From Ignavibacteriota bacterium (GTDB lineage Bacteria; Bacteroidota; Ignavibacteria; UBA10030), in NCBI GenBank assembly GCA_963701295.1, contig OY969585.1:1024001-1088000 (forward strand): a stretch of DNA of 64,000 nt, written 5' to 3'. Made by a program: the position numbers and the translations under genes. Positions within the stretch are counted from its first letter, which is position 1. Each line of letters begins with the position of its first letter. This document shows positions 61,471-64,000 of the stretch, piece by piece. Under the pieces are notes generated by a model. That model was not told the DNA's origin. It ran no database searches and was given only the letters and a program-made list of their open reading frames with translations.

Positions 61471-62382
61471 ATGGCAACTTCTAAAAAGAATCTCATCGAT
61501 ATAAATTATAAAGCTCAAGAAGTCAATATCGAAAACATAGCAAAAGAAAAAGAACAAAATTTGTTTCACATTAGGAACCAGAACTGCGCTGCCTATAAGT
61601 TAACGGCAGAGCCGTTGAAGAATCTAGAACCTTTTTTCGATGCAAAGAAAACATGGTTAACAGTAGCAGATTATAATGGCCTCGAAGCAAATTATTTATT
61701 GCAACAGGGACAAAATGTCATAGCGTCGGATATTTCAGATGCTCTGCTCAAAGAAGTTAAAGCCGAAGGCCTTATTACGGGGTACAGCAAACAGAACGTT
61801 GAAAAACTAACATATGGTGATAACTCATTTGATTATGTTATGTGCAAAGAAGCTTTTCACCACTTCCCACGAGCTTATTGGGGACTTTATGAAATGATAC
61901 GTGTGAGCAGAATTGCGACAATTCTTGTTACTGAACCAATTGATATACTTTCTAAAATGTCACTGCTCGTTCTGATCAAAAATATCTGTGATAGGATACA
62001 TCCATTATTGATCAATAAACTCTGGAAAAATCGTTTTTCTTGGGAAACTGTCGGCAACTATGTATTCAAAATTTCTGAGAGAGAGATAGAAAAAATGGCA
62101 ATGGGCATAGGACTTCCATTTATCGCATTTAAAAAATATACCAACTTCAATGGTCATAAGAAATATGACGGCATGATGGACGTTCCGCTTAATCAAAAGC
62201 TTTACAAAAAAATAAAGCTGAACCTGGCAATAAGGAATATGATAAGCTCATTGGGAATAATTCCTCATGGCTCTTTGTGTTGCGTTGTATTTAAAGGACA
62301 ACCAGGTGAAGAAATTGTAAAAAAAATGAAAGACAAAGGATTTATTACTATCCAACTACCTGCAAATCCATATCTGAAGTGA
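61471..62382 (+). CDS. Methyltransferase-domain protein
   Basis: ASDIS, DNSFDYVMCKEAFHH. Confidence 0.75.
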   Translation: MATSKKNLIDINYKAQEVNIENIAKEKEQNLFHIRNQNCAAYKLTAEPLKNLEPFFDAKKTWLTVADYNGLEANYLLQQGQNVIASDISDALLKEVKAEGLITGYSKQNVEKLTYGDNSFDYVMCKEAFHHFPRAYWGLYEMIRVSRIATILVTEPIDILSKMSLLVLIKNICDRIHPLLINKLWKNRFSWETVGNYVFKISEREIEKMAMGIGLPFIAFKKYTNFNGHKKYDGMMDVPLNQKLYKKIKLNLAIRNMISSLGIIPHGSLCCVVFKGQPGEEIVKKMKDKGFITIQLPANPYLK

Positions 62383-62521
62383 AGTCAATCTACATCGAAT
62401 GCTTGCCTATCAGGGAACTTGGAAGGCACTGATCCCATTTCTTTACCGCGCGTTGACATACAACTATTTATATATTTAAATGTTTTTAAAAAAGTAATTT
62501 AGATAGGTTAAAAGAGAAATT

Positions 62522-63787
62522 TTATAGCGGGACGGCTTCGCTAAGAATTTCAGCTAACGTTTCAGCAATTTCTTTTCTGTTGAAACGGCGTACAACACTC
62601 ATAGTGGTTTGAAAATTGTGCGCACGGTCGAAGAATTCCCGGGCATTTGAGGTATATGGAAAAATCATTCCTGCATTTGTTTCATCAAGAATTTGTCGGA
62701 TTTCTTCATTGTCATCTCCGAACGCAAGGATAGGTTTGCCGGAACGAAGATATTCGAAGAGTTTTCCGGGTACGTGGCGTTTCTCCGTTGCGCATACCAT
62801 AACGTACGATGAAGCGCCTAATTCTTCAATCATTTTATGATACGGGAGAAATCCCTTAAATTCGGCCCGGTCACTGAGTCCTGCTTCCGTGAGCGAATGC
62901 CGAATACCAGAACTGACCGTTCCGATAAAAACAATCTTGATATTCCTTCCATTGTGTATTTCCTTTTGAAGAGTTGCCCAGAGTGCTTTTGGATTTTGAT
63001 AATCAAAAATATTTCCTGCATGCAAAAGAATTTCTGTTGCTGACACGCTCTTTGGAATATAATCATGAAACGACTCTTCGTTATATCCCCAATACAGAAC
63101 ATGTGATGTATTTCGGATAGCAGGATATCGCCGTGCATAATCTTCTCTCATGCTTTCCGTAACAAACACTCTGTGTGAAGCTTCTTCTAGGACAGACCGT
63201 TCTAGGTGACGATCAAGCGCAAGTGTAAGTACGCTTCGCTTGAAGTCACGATAATACGCGATATCAACCCACGGATCGATGAAAACGGGAATATGCGGAA
63301 TGCCAAATTTCTTGCTTAACTTTTTCCCAACCAACAATGTCGTATGCGGCGGGCCAATGGAAACAATTGCTTGAATGTTTTCGGAACGAAGAATTTGTTT
63401 TCCTTTGTGAACGGCATTCCAGTACCAGCCAATGCGTGCATCCGGGATAAAGAGATTCATCCGTATCCAGATTGCAAGCCGATGACGTAATCCGCGATTG
63501 GTCGTTGATATTGTTTCCGACGCTGTTAACGGTGTGTTCTTTTCTTTTCCTAATAAGCGGCGGTAGAGGCCGAACGGTTCAAGTGCCCGTGCTTTAAAAA
63601 CTTTCAGATCAGGATCAACTTCCTTGAGCAAGGATTCATCTTGAGAAGAAAATATATCTTCGTCAGCAGTGAGAACAAGCGGCTGCCATCCAAATTCTGG
63701 CAAATGTTGGATCATTTTCAGCGGCCAGTGTACAGTCGCTTTGCCAGACGGAGGCCAAAAATATGTAATGAAGAGAACTTTTTGCAT
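62522..63787 (-). CDS. GT4-like glycosyltransferase
   Basis: ITYFWPPSG, IPDARIGW, DPW, PGKLFEYL. Confidence 0.85.
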   Translation of the reverse strand: MQKVLFITYFWPPSGKATVHWPLKMIQHLPEFGWQPLVLTADEDIFSSQDESLLKEVDPDLKVFKARALEPFGLYRRLLGKEKNTPLTASETISTTNRGLRHRLAIWIRMNLFIPDARIGWYWNAVHKGKQILRSENIQAIVSIGPPHTTLLVGKKLSKKFGIPHIPVFIDPWVDIAYYRDFKRSVLTLALDRHLERSVLEEASHRVFVTESMREDYARRYPAIRNTSHVLYWGYNEESFHDYIPKSVSATEILLHAGNIFDYQNPKALWATLQKEIHNGRNIKIVFIGTVSSGIRHSLTEAGLSDRAEFKGFLPYHKMIEELGASSYVMVCATEKRHVPGKLFEYLRSGKPILAFGDDNEEIRQILDETNAGMIFPYTSNAREFFDRAHNFQTTMSVVRRFNRKEIAETLAEILSEAVPL

Positions 63788-63848
63788 ACGCTAATGCAAC
63801 AATGTACTTTGAATCTCGAGGAATGACAACAAGTTTTCGCGTGAATTT

Positions 63849-64000
63849 CTATTCACAGATTGAACCGAGTTCGAGGAGAAGGGGCACATTTTTCTGTCTA
63901 AGCTGTGCTATCGGCATTTCATCGAAGGTTCTTCCGGAGAGTTCACGGCCGGCTGCTTTTTTGCGGACACCGCCCCACTGCTTGAAAAAGAATGGGATAT
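63849..64000 (-). CDS. C-terminus of a phage Gp37/Gp68 (DUF5131) family protein, 5' end outside the window
   Basis: Manual translation [29 protein letters not shown]. Confidence 0.85.
   Translation of the reverse strand, partial: IPFFFKQWGGVRKKAAGRELSGRTFDEMPIAQLRQKNVPLLLELGSICE

Noticed and set aside
1-64000. CRISPR array, tRNA or rRNA genes
   Set aside because: No regularly spaced 25-45 bp repeats, cloverleafs or rRNA signatures noticed by eye; the 4HB genes are not within 23S rRNA.

Overview
AT-rich bacterial chromosomal window, probably Ignavibacteria/Chlorobi-Bacteroidota-like (T9SS-type C-terminal 'YPNPFNPST' domain). Left to right: glnA (cut by the window edge); a MacAB-like ABC efflux operon interrupted by two four-helix-bundle (4HB) genes; a decaying defence islet (wH-HNH, truncated MvaI/BcnI nuclease, orphan AbrB antitoxin); larE-larB; S9 peptidase, rubrerythrin, cydAB, GNAT; a minus-strand integron-like cassette array without integrase (17.3-22.7 kb); hypothetical genes; a promoter-driven orphan hairpin RNA candidate (~27 kb); a four-gene putative peptide/protein signalling locus (CPPYC-tailed secreted protein, polytopic membrane protein, histidine kinase, NarL-type regulator); purN-purH; mreB-4HB-mreC; and a ~24 kb surface-glycan locus with a CDP-branched deoxysugar pathway. 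The most striking signal: all three 4HB genes sit inside operons and are bracketed by inverted tracts of 7-bp tandem repeats. Several homopolymer frameshifts and odd substitutions suggest some assembly errors, so single-base claims need read-level checks. All calls are by eye; no database searches were run.
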